From NCBI GenBank assembly GCA_050633305.1, contig JBOEGF010000018.1, forward strand, positions 256,001-320,000: DNA of 64,000 nucleotides, given 5' to 3'. Every line of letters begins with the position of its first letter. The first letter of the stretch is position 1. The notes beneath the pieces were generated by a model. That model saw nothing but the letters and a program-made list of their open reading frames with translations, had not been told where the DNA came from and did no database searches. Position numbers and translations under genes: made by a program. The DNA comes from Nannocystales bacterium. Lineage in GTDB: Bacteria > Myxococcota_A > Polyangia > Nannocystales > Nannocystaceae. Shown in pieces: positions 1-9,958 of this stretch.

Positions 1-819
<819 letters not shown>

Positions 820-845
820 CGGCGGGACCCCCCGTTCATCACGGT

Positions 846-864
846 GCTAGGGACGCCCCCTAGC
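846..864. terminator. Small hairpin between convergent genes
   Basis: GCTAGGG-ACGCC-CCCTAGC inverted repeat overlapping the GST stop codon; no U-tract. Confidence 0.35.
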
Positions 865-1486
865 CCAGGTCGAGCCCGTGCTCCGCTGCGACCGCTGCGT
901 TGAGTGCCCGCGCTTTCTGCCGGGCCGGGCGTGCCTCGAGGCGCTCGATGTACGCCTCCCAGGCTGGCTTCTTCGGAAGCATGCCGAACTTCATCATCCA
1001 TCCGACGGTTCCGCCGAACAGCATGTCCGCCATGGAGAAGTTCTCGCCCAGGAGGAACGGCCCGTCACCGATCGCCGCGTCGATCGTCTCGAGCATCTCT
1101 TCGTAGGTGCCCCAACCCGCGGTCAGAGGCTTGAATTCCCAGTTCGCCGCCTTGGCCATGCACCCCGGCTCGATCACCGATGGCCCGTAGCAGATCCAGC
1201 GAAGGTAGGGAGCACGTTGTGGCGCGTCCAAGGCGGGCGCAAGCCGTCCGGGCGCGTACTTGTCGGCGAGGTACATCCCGATCGCCGCGACCTCGGCCAG
1301 CACCACGTCGCCATCGACCAGCGTGGGAACCTTGCCCATGGGGTTGAGCGTCTTGAACGCTGTGGTCTTGTGCGCCCCTTGCTCGAGCTCGACGAACTCG
1401 AGCGTGTACTCGCAGCCGACTTCTTCGAGGAACCACAGAACGTTCGCGGCCCGAGTCCGAGGGTGGTGATGCAGGACGATGGACAT
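860..1486 (-). CDS. Glutathione S-transferase family protein (208 aa)
   Basis: MSIVLHHHPRTRA...NPMGKVPTLVDGDVVLAEVAAIGMYLAD; C-terminal GPFLLGENFSMAD. The real start is ATG 1486; the ORF track extension to 2485 overlaps the next gene. Confidence 0.92.
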   Translation of the reverse strand: MSIVLHHHPRTRAANVLWFLEEVGCEYTLEFVELEQGAHKTTAFKTLNPMGKVPTLVDGDVVLAEVAAIGMYLADKYAPGRLAPALDAPQRAPYLRWICYGPSVIEPGCMAKAANWEFKPLTAGWGTYEEMLETIDAAIGDGPFLLGENFSMADMLFGGTVGWMMKFGMLPKKPAWEAYIERLEARPARQKARALNAAVAAEHGLDLG

Positions 1487-1499
1487 GTCGCGGAGGCTA

Positions 1500-4397
1500 T
1501 CAATACCCGCGACGTCGGCGGAGCGCGCCGAGCAGAACGAACAGGAGGAGGCCCTCGCTTCCCCCCAAAGTGCCCGAGGCGGTACCCGAGGTGCACACGC
1601 AGCCGCGGTCGATGAGACCGTCGTCCTCGAGGTCGGCCATCCCGTCGGTATCGCCGTCAGTGTCCCCGCTTCCCTCGTCGGAGTCCGTGTCCTCTCCGGG
1701 GTCCTCGGGAATGGGTGCTCCGGGCTCGAGCTGGCAGCTTGCATCGCAGCCATCGCCCCCAGCCACGTTGCCATCGTCGCAGGCCTCGGGTGCCTCGACC
1801 ACGCCGTTTCCGCAGCCGGAGAGGGGGCCGTCGACAGCGACGACACAAACCTCTGCGAGTGACCAGCCTCCGAATTCCAGGCCGCCGTCGCTGCGAGTGC
1901 CGAACGTGAGCGCGACGCCCTGTGGCCCGGCGAACTCACTGATGTCGAAGTCGACGAACCGCCACTCCTGGTCCACGTGGTGGAACGAGGCCAAGGCGTC
2001 GTCGTCGGCCGCGAAGTTCTCCCAGAGCGACTCGCCGTTGACTTCGATGTACGCGCGGTCGAAGAAGCCGTCCTCGACCGCGAGCCAGCGCCGAAACTGG
2101 AGTCGGACCTGAGTGTACGGACCCGTGTCGATTGCCTCGAACGCGATCTCCTCCGTGCGTCCTGCCGGGTAGTTCCCTGGCTGCCAGACGTGGACGTCGC
2201 CTCTGAACGGCTCGCTGGGGTCGCTTCCAGAGGAGTCTGGGGTCCACGTGCCGAACTCCCAGCCCGGATCGGCGACAAAACCCGAGTCGGCGCCGAGGCA
2301 GCCGAGCTCGATGACTTCGCCGATGTACAGCTGGTACCAAGGGTCGACGATGTTGTCCGGCAGGGTCCGACTCGGATCGATGTCGTAGCCAGGAAGGACC
2401 TGAAGCTCGAGGACGGTGCCGCTCTCCTGGGCGGGGAGCACCGCGGTGTAGCCACCGACGGAGCCCGGCGTGGGCTGCATCGCAACCGCTGTGGCGTCTT
2501 GTGAGCCCCGTGCTCTCCACAACACGGTGGGCGCCGCGGCGATCGGGCAGTCGGGGAAGTTGGGGAGCGAGAGCTCGAGGGACACCACCGGCCCGCTCGC
2601 CTCCGCGCTCATGCTGACCTGCTCGTTGCCACGGCCGGGGTTGAACAGCCCATGTGGCCCGTAGGCAGCGTTGATGTCGCAGCCGTTGGGGGTCCCGTTG
2701 GTGAGGTCGCCGTCGTCGTCGTCGAGCAGCAGCGCTTCGGGGTACATCGACGGGATGTCGACGGCGCGCCGTGTGGTCTCGTACCAGACCCGGTCGGTGT
2801 ATGCGCGCCCTCCGTTTTCGCCGAGCTTGTCGATCATGCGCTTGCGGAGGTCCCACAGCGCGCCACCGATGATCAGCCCCTCGGCGTGGACTTCCCCGCG
2901 GTCTTCAGGCCACCGATGCTCGAAGCCGTCGGGGTCGAAGTCTCGCAGGGGGGTCTCGGGATCTCCGGAAAAGAAACCGCGCGCGAGTCCAGAGTCCCCG
3001 GTGAGGGTGGCCGAGAGGTAGTCCGAAATGCCTTCGCTCAGGCTGACGTTGAACTGACCTACGCCCGGGATGACCGACTGGGAGTGAATCGAGTGTCCGA
3101 ACTCATGATAGACGACGTCGGCGAGCAACGCAGTGTTCTCGCAACCACCGCCGCTGGTGAAAAAGTTGATGCTGTTGCCGTCCGAGAAGGCATTGCAGTC
3201 GTCGTCGATGTTGACGATGACAGGGATGGGCTCATCGAGCCAGTCCACCGTTGAGAACGTGCGGACGAAGTCCTTCACAACCATCGTGTGGACGTAGGCG
3301 TTGAGCTGCGCCTCGGACTCCTCGGTGGGCTCGAACCAGATCGACGTGGAGTCGCTGTTCGCCGGGAGGTTGACGGTGACCTCGGGGCCGGCGTCGTTGG
3401 TGACTTCGGCGAAGACGCCCTCGGTCGTGGGCGTGATGGTTGCGCTGGCTCCGGGGAAGTTGAAGAACCCCGCGTCGGTCGTGGTCTCTGCGACGCCGTC
3501 CACGGTGACGAACAACAGGTCGGCGGGGGCTTGAACGCGAGGCCCGCCCGGGCTGCGCACTGGGACGTCGAGGAGGAGCTGCCCCGTGCCGAACAGGAGG
3601 GTCTGTTCTCGTGCGACTGGCTCTCCCGTGCCCGCGTCGAGGTAGACGGTCCAGCGGGTCGGCGGCGATGCCAGCTCGACGGACGTTCGCCAGACCTCTC
3701 GGTACTCGAGGGTTCCGGCGTCATCAACGAGCGGAAGAACGAAGGGCCCGTGCACTGCACCCGTTTTCGTTGGGAGCCCGGCGATGTCATCCGTGACCCA
3801 GCCTCGGGCACGAGAGCTGACCTCTCGGCTTGTCGCCGCACGGGAGCGGCTTGCGACGCTCACGTCGGGGTAGGCCCCGGAGGCGATCATGACCAGTCGA
3901 TCGTATTTAAACCGGAAGCTGATGTGCCCTCCAAGGACAGTCGAACCATCGTGGGTTTGCTCGAATCCGACGCTGCGGATCCCCGCGCTGAGATCGTTGC
4001 TCACCAGGACGAAGTCGGACGCGCGGGAGCCGGGGGCGAGCAGGTCAAGGTGTCGGGCGAGTAGGTCGCTTGCGATCGTCTCGGCTTCCGCAGCGTCGGC
4101 CATGACGCCAGGCGTTGGGGTACCGGCGAGCAGCAGGTGGTGGGGGACGTCCGTCGCCAAATCCCAGGAGACCGACATCGGGCCGAGCTCCGCTTCCAGA
4201 CGGTAGAGGGCCGCTCGCCGAATCGCAGGAGCCGGCCGAAACTGTGCGTCTCGCGCGTCGCGGGACAGGACGCCGGTCGCACGTTCGAGGCGTCCGTCAG
4301 CGAGACTCCGCCCGGGGTTCTTGGCCGCAGAGGCGGGTCCAACCCAGCCGAGCGCACACGCCAACACAACCGACCCTGAAACTCGCTTCAACACCAC
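1500..4397 (-). CDS. Secreted M4/M36-type zinc metalloprotease with propeptide, jelly-roll domain, Myxococcus Cys-rich repeat and MYXO-CTERM anchor
   Basis: Signal peptide ending ASAA; NAFSDG..., DVVYHEFGH, SEGISD, GEVHAEG; CGNGVVEAPEACDDGN...GDGCDASC; C-terminus GCVC...LLLFVLLGALRRRR. Start approximate (GTG 4397 or TTG 4391). Confidence 0.85.
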   Translation of the reverse strand: MVLKRVSGSVVLACALGWVGPASAAKNPGRSLADGRLERATGVLSRDARDAQFRPAPAIRRAALYRLEAELGPMSVSWDLATDVPHHLLLAGTPTPGVMADAAEAETIASDLLARHLDLLAPGSRASDFVLVSNDLSAGIRSVGFEQTHDGSTVLGGHISFRFKYDRLVMIASGAYPDVSVASRSRAATSREVSSRARGWVTDDIAGLPTKTGAVHGPFVLPLVDDAGTLEYREVWRTSVELASPPTRWTVYLDAGTGEPVAREQTLLFGTGQLLLDVPVRSPGGPRVQAPADLLFVTVDGVAETTTDAGFFNFPGASATITPTTEGVFAEVTNDAGPEVTVNLPANSDSTSIWFEPTEESEAQLNAYVHTMVVKDFVRTFSTVDWLDEPIPVIVNIDDDCNAFSDGNSINFFTSGGGCENTALLADVVYHEFGHSIHSQSVIPGVGQFNVSLSEGISDYLSATLTGDSGLARGFFSGDPETPLRDFDPDGFEHRWPEDRGEVHAEGLIIGGALWDLRKRMIDKLGENGGRAYTDRVWYETTRRAVDIPSMYPEALLLDDDDGDLTNGTPNGCDINAAYGPHGLFNPGRGNEQVSMSAEASGPVVSLELSLPNFPDCPIAAAPTVLWRARGSQDATAVAMQPTPGSVGGYTAVLPAQESGTVLELQVLPGYDIDPSRTLPDNIVDPWYQLYIGEVIELGCLGADSGFVADPGWEFGTWTPDSSGSDPSEPFRGDVHVWQPGNYPAGRTEEIAFEAIDTGPYTQVRLQFRRWLAVEDGFFDRAYIEVNGESLWENFAADDDALASFHHVDQEWRFVDFDISEFAGPQGVALTFGTRSDGGLEFGGWSLAEVCVVAVDGPLSGCGNGVVEAPEACDDGNVAGGDGCDASCQLEPGAPIPEDPGEDTDSDEGSGDTDGDTDGMADLEDDGLIDRGCVCTSGTASGTLGGSEGLLLFVLLGALRRRRGY

Positions 4398-4489
4398 GAA
4401 CCGACCTAAACCCACATACGTTGTAAACGTCGCAGGCAGGTCAAGCAAGGGATCCCCTGCGCGGCCGCCGGATCCGCGACAATCTCGAT

Positions 4490-6619
4490 GTGCGCGCCCA
4501 TCTGCTCCTCGGGCTGAGTCTTGCTGCCTGCCGCCCGCCCGAACCGTCGCCCCAACCTCGGTCGGAGCAGACCGCGCCGGAGACCGAGACGGCACCGTCG
4601 GCTCGTCCGCCGACGCGCCGAGAGTCGGTCGTGGACCGGCTCCACGGCGTCGACGTTGCGGATCCGTATCGCTGGCTCGAGGTCATGGACGAGCCCACCG
4701 ACGCGTGGACGCGGTCGCAAGACGGGTACGCCCGCGATTGGCTAAAGAGGGTTCCGGGCCGTGATGTGTTGCGGGCTGCTCTGCGTCCGCTGCTTCATGT
4801 CGAAAGCCGTTCGGCCCCGGTTCATCGGGGAGATCGATGGTTCTTCAGTCGAAGACGACCGGGGGAGGACAAGGCGCGTCACTTCGTCAGTGATGTCGGT
4901 GGTGACAACGAACGGGTGCTCATCGATCCTGCGACGTTCGGGCCTGCGGTCACGGTCCGAGCGGTGATGCCGAGTCCTGGCGGCCGCTACGTGACGTTCC
5001 TTCGGGCTACGAACGCTTCCGACGACGCGACGTTGATGATCCGCGACGTCGCAACGGGAGAAGACCTCGACGCTCCGATCGAAGGGGCTCGGTACGCGTC
5101 GCCGTCTTGGATGCCCGACGAGTCGGCGTTCTACTACACAGGGCTCTCGACCGACCCGGACGTTCCTCCGCCGGAGCGTCCGGGGACCGCATCGGTTCGG
5201 CGTCACATCGTCGGAACCGCCCCGCAGTTCGATGCGCGTATCTACGGACCGCTGGGCGACAACCAGTCGTTCCTGTGGGGGGAAGTCTCGCCGCAGGGCC
5301 GGTGGTTGGTCATCACCCGATTCCGAGAGTTCTCCACAACCCAGATTCACGTCGCGGACCTCACCGAGAAGTCTCGGACCTTCGTTCCGATCAACACCGG
5401 TGTTTCCGAAAGAGCCTACGCGCAGGTTCTTGGGGACCGCCTGCTGTTGCACACCAACCGCGACGCACCCAGGTTCCGCGTCTTGGAGCTCGACCTGAAC
5501 AAGCCGACGGCACCCTGGCGTGAACTGATTCCGCAAGGGTCGGGGACACTCGAGGGCGTGCACGTGAGCGCGGATGCGTTGACCCTGCACTGGCTGGAGA
5601 AGGCGCACTCGCATCTCGAGGTTCGGGACCTCGACGGTCAAAACCCTCGAACGCTCGAGCTTCCCGGTCGTGGCTCGGTCGCCGCGATCGTCGGTTCACC
5701 GACGCAGGATGACGCGTTCCTCTACTACACGTCGTTTGCCGACCCCCCACAGTGGCACCACATCCGTCCGGCCACAGGCGAGCGCTCGTTGTTCTGGAAA
5801 CAGCGCACGCCGATCGACACCGACCGCATCGAGGTTGATCAGGTCTGGGTGGAGAGCAAGGACGGCACGGCCGTGTCGATGTTTGTGGTCCATCGTGACG
5901 ACACCCCGCTCGATGGCGACCGTCCAACGTTGTTGACCGGATACGGTGGGTTTGGGGTCTCGCTCACGCCGCTGTTCTCGCCGACGGCCGCGCAGTGGGT
6001 CGATCACGGAGGGGTCTTCGCCGTGCCGAACCTGCGCGGCGGCGGAGAATACGGCGAGGCGTGGCACGACGCGGGTCGTGGTCCCCACAAGCAGAACGTC
6101 TTCGATGACTTCATCGCGTCCGCGCAGTGGCTGGTGGAGCGGGGGTGGACTCGCCCGGGCCGGCTCGCGATTCGCGGTGGGAGCAACGGCGGTCTGCTCG
6201 TCGGTGCGGTGATGACACAGCGCCCCGAGATGTTTGGGGCCGTCGTGTGCGAGGTTCCACTCTTGGATATGGTCCGCTACCACCTGTTCGGCGCTGGTCC
6301 CACGTGGATCGGGGAGTACGGGTCCTCGGCGGACCCCGACCAGTTTACGACCCTGTTCGCCTACTCGCCCTACCACCGCGTTCGCCAGGGAGAGCCATAT
6401 CCGCCGCTGCTGCTGAACTCTGCGGACTCCGACGACCGGGTCGACCCCAACCACGCGCGGAAGTTTGTCGCGGCGATGCAGTGGGCCACGCCGCAGACCC
6501 ACCCGGTGCTGTTGCGGGTGGAGTCCGAGTCCGGTCATGGCGGAGCGGACAGCGTCCAGGCCCGGATCGAGCACGCTGTCGACACCCTCTCATTCCTGCG
6601 GGCGACCGTCGGGCGATAG
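4490..6619 (+). CDS. Prolyl oligopeptidase (S9A), lipoprotein
   Basis: Lipobox LAAC; ADPYRWLE; GYGGF; NLRGGGEYG; nucleophile GGSNGG; DDRVDP; ESGHG. Confidence 0.95.
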   Translation: MRAHLLLGLSLAACRPPEPSPQPRSEQTAPETETAPSARPPTRRESVVDRLHGVDVADPYRWLEVMDEPTDAWTRSQDGYARDWLKRVPGRDVLRAALRPLLHVESRSAPVHRGDRWFFSRRRPGEDKARHFVSDVGGDNERVLIDPATFGPAVTVRAVMPSPGGRYVTFLRATNASDDATLMIRDVATGEDLDAPIEGARYASPSWMPDESAFYYTGLSTDPDVPPPERPGTASVRRHIVGTAPQFDARIYGPLGDNQSFLWGEVSPQGRWLVITRFREFSTTQIHVADLTEKSRTFVPINTGVSERAYAQVLGDRLLLHTNRDAPRFRVLELDLNKPTAPWRELIPQGSGTLEGVHVSADALTLHWLEKAHSHLEVRDLDGQNPRTLELPGRGSVAAIVGSPTQDDAFLYYTSFADPPQWHHIRPATGERSLFWKQRTPIDTDRIEVDQVWVESKDGTAVSMFVVHRDDTPLDGDRPTLLTGYGGFGVSLTPLFSPTAAQWVDHGGVFAVPNLRGGGEYGEAWHDAGRGPHKQNVFDDFIASAQWLVERGWTRPGRLAIRGGSNGGLLVGAVMTQRPEMFGAVVCEVPLLDMVRYHLFGAGPTWIGEYGSSADPDQFTTLFAYSPYHRVRQGEPYPPLLLNSADSDDRVDPNHARKFVAAMQWATPQTHPVLLRVESESGHGGADSVQARIEHAVDTLSFLRATVGR

Positions 6620-6693
6620 GGGGCCGCGCTGCGACCGCGTGGGATCTGGAGCGTCCGCCTTCAGAACCCAGCGGCCCGGACGAAGACACTGGT

Positions 6694-7062
6694 GTGCTCA
6701 GCAAGCTCCTCCCTTTCGCGGCTCTCAGTTTCTTGACCGCTGCGCCGGCCTTCGTCACGGCAGCGCCGACTGCAGAGACCGCAGTGGCATTTCATGCCCG
6801 GGCGACGATCTCGCACGCCGAACTGGCCGAGAACACCGCGAAAGGACTGGCCACACCTATCGGTATCGCCAGCGCATCCACGGACGCATGCGAGATTCGT
6901 TGCGTGCTCGAGACCACCGACTCGCCGACTTCAGACCACCTGCGGTGCGACTACGGCGAGTCCCGCTCGGTCACAGCCGGTTTCGAGGTCGTCGCGACCT
7001 GGTCCGAGGCCGGGGTTCAGTTCGAACCGACCGAGCAACTCGATCTTCAGTCTTGCCACTAG
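6694..7062 (+). CDS. Small secreted hypothetical protein (122 aa)
   Basis: GTG start followed by a signal-peptide-like LSKLLPFAALSFLTAAPAFVTA; 4 Cys; fills the gap between genes. Confidence 0.55.
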   Translation: MLSKLLPFAALSFLTAAPAFVTAAPTAETAVAFHARATISHAELAENTAKGLATPIGIASASTDACEIRCVLETTDSPTSDHLRCDYGESRSVTAGFEVVATWSEAGVQFEPTEQLDLQSCH

Positions 7063-7166
7063 CCGACCACGTGTCGACGGGCAGACGCTGACTAGCTTGG
7101 CGCCGTGAGGCGCACTCTTGAGGGAAATGGGGACAGGGAAGGGAGATGGCCTCGCCTTCGGACCGA

Positions 7167-7760
7167 CTAGCTCGGTTCGCAGGCGAGGTCTTCGACCAGG
7201 CACGCGTTGAGCGTTGTGCTGCGACCGGCCAGAGTACCGTCGAGGGGGCCGTCGAACGGGCTGAGGTAGTCGTCCGGATCCGTGACCATCGCGACCATCG
7301 AAGCCATGGATACAGCCAGCGGCTCCTCGCAGTTGTCATCTGCGGCCGAGACCGATGCGTCGGCAGACGGGAAGCACAGCGCATCGTTGATGAATGCGGA
7401 CGACGACACCGAAGCGCCATGGTGGCTCGCCGCTCGCGAGTTGGACTGCGAACCCAGCGGCTGCGACGGGTTGATGACGAGCACGAGGGCGGCCGCGGCG
7501 GCAGCCGTGTTTGCGACGGTGGCAGCCACTCGTTGCCACAGCGCGCGGCGGTGGGGTTGCGCGGCGACGGGCTGCGACTCGAACGTGGGGTGAGCTTCGT
7601 ACAGAAGCATCTCGAGTTGAGCCTCTTCGCGAAGCCGTCGAGCGCAGACCAAGCAGCTGCCGATGTGGGCTTCGACGCTGTCTTCGGCCGTGGCCTCGAG
7701 CTCGCCGCGTAGGTAGTCGGACAGATGGTCCGCCGACACGTGGTCTTTAACATCAAGCAT
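7167..7760 (-). CDS. Zinc-binding anti-sigma factor (zf-HC2) with TM helix and Cys-containing extracytoplasmic tail
   Basis: HLSDYLRGEL...VEAHIGSCLVCARRL (HxxxCxxC); hydrophobic AAAAALVLVI; overlaps the sigma gene stop, with RBS GGAGG. Confidence 0.85.
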   Translation of the reverse strand: MLDVKDHVSADHLSDYLRGELEATAEDSVEAHIGSCLVCARRLREEAQLEMLLYEAHPTFESQPVAAQPHRRALWQRVAATVANTAAAAAALVLVINPSQPLGSQSNSRAASHHGASVSSSAFINDALCFPSADASVSAADDNCEEPLAVSMASMVAMVTDPDDYLSPFDGPLDGTLAGRSTTLNACLVEDLACEPS

Positions 7761-8397
7761 CGGATCCTCCTTCGAGTTCGGAGCGAAGGGTTTTGCGGAA
7801 CTCACAGGCGATCTGCCGGACCCGCTGGACCGAGAGGCCAACGGCCTCCGCGATCTCAGAGGCGGGTCGAGCCTCGCCGTCGTACATCAATGCGAAGACC
7901 CGGCGTGCGTTCGGGTGCGCCTGCGCGATGATCTCGCGGACTTTTCGGAGCTTGTGTCGGGCAGCGGCTTGTTGCTCGAGCTCGCGTTCGTCGCGGTGTG
8001 GCTGCACGGTGCCGTCGGCGGACTCGTGTGTAAGTCGGGAGGAGCAGCGTCGGCGATCGTCCTGCCAGAGGAACGTGGCCTGCTTGATCACGACACCGGG
8101 AAGCCGGACTTCGGTCAGCCGACCCACGCGGTGATTCTGAATCACGCGGAACCAGGCATCCTGGGCCAGCTCCTTCGCACGTTCCGGGAGCGCGCCCTTG
8201 GCGATCAGCGAGACGACGACTCGGCGCCCGTGCTTCTGCATGGCCGCGTCCCAGTCGATCACGTCTACCGATGCGTCCGCCTCAGGCTTTGAACCTGTCA
8301 GCAGCTCCAATGGGTTCCACCCCGCCACATCCGGTGCGGCAACCGCGGTTGCCGCACCGCCGGGCATCGGTGCAAGGGAGTGGGGACGCACAGGCAT
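7753..8397 (-). CDS. ECF-type RNA polymerase sigma factor
   Basis: Region 2 AKELAQDAWFRV; region 4 HTH ASEIAEAVGLSVQRVRQ; coupled to the anti-sigma gene; start uncertain. Confidence 0.8.
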   Translation of the reverse strand: MPVRPHSLAPMPGGAATAVAAPDVAGWNPLELLTGSKPEADASVDVIDWDAAMQKHGRRVVVSLIAKGALPERAKELAQDAWFRVIQNHRVGRLTEVRLPGVVIKQATFLWQDDRRRCSSRLTHESADGTVQPHRDERELEQQAAARHKLRKVREIIAQAHPNARRVFALMYDGEARPASEIAEAVGLSVQRVRQIACEFRKTLRSELEGGSDA

Positions 8398-8441
8398 AGG
8401 AACGGGCGGAGGTCGGAGTGTATATCGCGGAGCCCCGCCAC

Positions 8442-8891
8442 TCACTGCGCCGACTCCGCATCGAATCCCGCGATGCTCCAGGAGACCAGTCCCAAGGCCA
8501 GCAGAAGTACGCTGAGGACGATCGAGAGCCGGAGTCCACCAGCGATCCAATACGCCCCGACCGGCAGTGAAACCGCCGCGACGAAGATCGCGCGGCCTCG
8601 CGGCCCATGGGCTGGGAACAGCCAAACGACCGCCGCAGCCAGCGCTCCGAAGAACCCCAGCCACAGCCAGGCGGTCAGTCCGATGCCAGCGAGGATGTCG
8701 AAGTCGAGCTGGGCCACTCCACTGAGGACCCCACGGTCATCGGCGATGTCGAACATCGGTGCGGCCACCAGCCCCGCGGCGATGCGCCGAGCTGCGCTCC
8801 GCAGGGCTGGGCGTTGTCCCGGGTCGAGCGGCACGTCGAGAGTCTGACGCACAAGCCCGACCGTGACGAGTCGCCCCTGAGCGCTCCACAT
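8442..8891 (-). CDS. Hypothetical membrane protein
   Basis: Three to four hydrophobic segments; fills the gap; start uncertain. Confidence 0.5.
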   Translation of the reverse strand: MWSAQGRLVTVGLVRQTLDVPLDPGQRPALRSAARRIAAGLVAAPMFDIADDRGVLSGVAQLDFDILAGIGLTAWLWLGFFGALAAAVVWLFPAHGPRGRAIFVAAVSLPVGAYWIAGGLRLSIVLSVLLLALGLVSWSIAGFDAESAQ

Positions 8892-8963
8892 CTCCGCGAC
8901 CCGCGGCGGCCCTCAGCTGGCCGACGGTGGCGGGCGCGATGGGCTGCGTCGGCGCCCGTCTCC

Positions 8964-9875
8964 CTACTCACACCGATACTCAGGCGTCCCGTACGTATCG
9001 TTCTCGAAGGTCAGCGATCCAAGGTAGTCGAACGCGTCCCCCTCGACCCGGAACTCGATTGTCCCGTTCAGGGCCCCGGGGTTCGCGTCCACGAACTCGA
9101 TGCCCCAGTCCTCGACGATGATCGACTGCCCGAGGTCTTCCCGGGTCGCGCTGGCCATCTGTAGCTCGTAGCCCATGCCCGCGCCGCTGAGCAGACTGCT
9201 CGCAGGCATGCGGCCGGTCTTGACGTCGTAGCGAACGGTGCTGACGGACTGGGTGTCGTCGACGGTGATGTCGGAGTCGAAGTCGAGGCTGCCCAGGGAT
9301 GCCTTCACCCGGTCCCAGGCGCTGGTGTCGAGGGCGATGGGGCTGGTGGGGTTCTCTCCGTAGCCCAGCAGCTCGACGTAGGGGCCGACGTCATCGAAGA
9401 TGAGTTCGACGGAGGAGGAGAAGGGGTCGCTGATGTCGATGTTGGCTTCGACCCGCGCGCCGACGAGGTAGCTGTCGACGAGGAAGAGGTTCTCGGTCAG
9501 GACATCGCCGCTCGCAGCGAAGGAGAAGTCGGTATTGGCGTAGAACCGCGTCGTCATCTCGGCGCCGCCGCCGTTGGTGTAGTAGACGCCATCTCCCTGG
9601 AACGCCCAGTCGGATGGGGTTGCGTCGGAGCGGTTGTCGATGATCGCGTCGACGATGCCGACCGTCACCGAGCTCACGAGGGTGACGTTGAGGCCACCGC
9701 AGGCAACCATCTCGTGGATCGACTGGTCGTAGTCGACGACGATCTCGACGTGGGCCTCTGCATCGGCGCCGCCGCGGCACTCCCGGAGTAGGTCACTGTC
9801 GTCGTCGGACGAAGAGAGGCACCCGCCCAACCCCAACAACCCCAGCGTAGCCATGCAAGCCCAGACGCGTTTCAT
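8964..9875 (-). CDS. Hypothetical lipoprotein (303 aa)
   Basis: MKRVWACMATLGLLGLGGC lipobox; acidic, beta-rich mature region; strong GC3 bias. Confidence 0.8.
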   Translation of the reverse strand: MKRVWACMATLGLLGLGGCLSSSDDDSDLLRECRGGADAEAHVEIVVDYDQSIHEMVACGGLNVTLVSSVTVGIVDAIIDNRSDATPSDWAFQGDGVYYTNGGGAEMTTRFYANTDFSFAASGDVLTENLFLVDSYLVGARVEANIDISDPFSSSVELIFDDVGPYVELLGYGENPTSPIALDTSAWDRVKASLGSLDFDSDITVDDTQSVSTVRYDVKTGRMPASSLLSGAGMGYELQMASATREDLGQSIIVEDWGIEFVDANPGALNGTIEFRVEGDAFDYLGSLTFENDTYGTPEYRCE

Positions 9876-9958
9876 CGGCCGAGCGTAACAGCCGGCACGG
9901 CTCCTGGGGCTGTCCGCTTGTGGGCCAAGACACGAGCCCGGGCCCACAGGGGCATGCA

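Noticed and set aside
1487..2485. Apparent 330-aa N-terminal extension or fusion on the GST
   Set aside because: Alternate frame of the protease 3' end; low-complexity R/S/T translation; the GST has its own ATG with a -10-like hexamer
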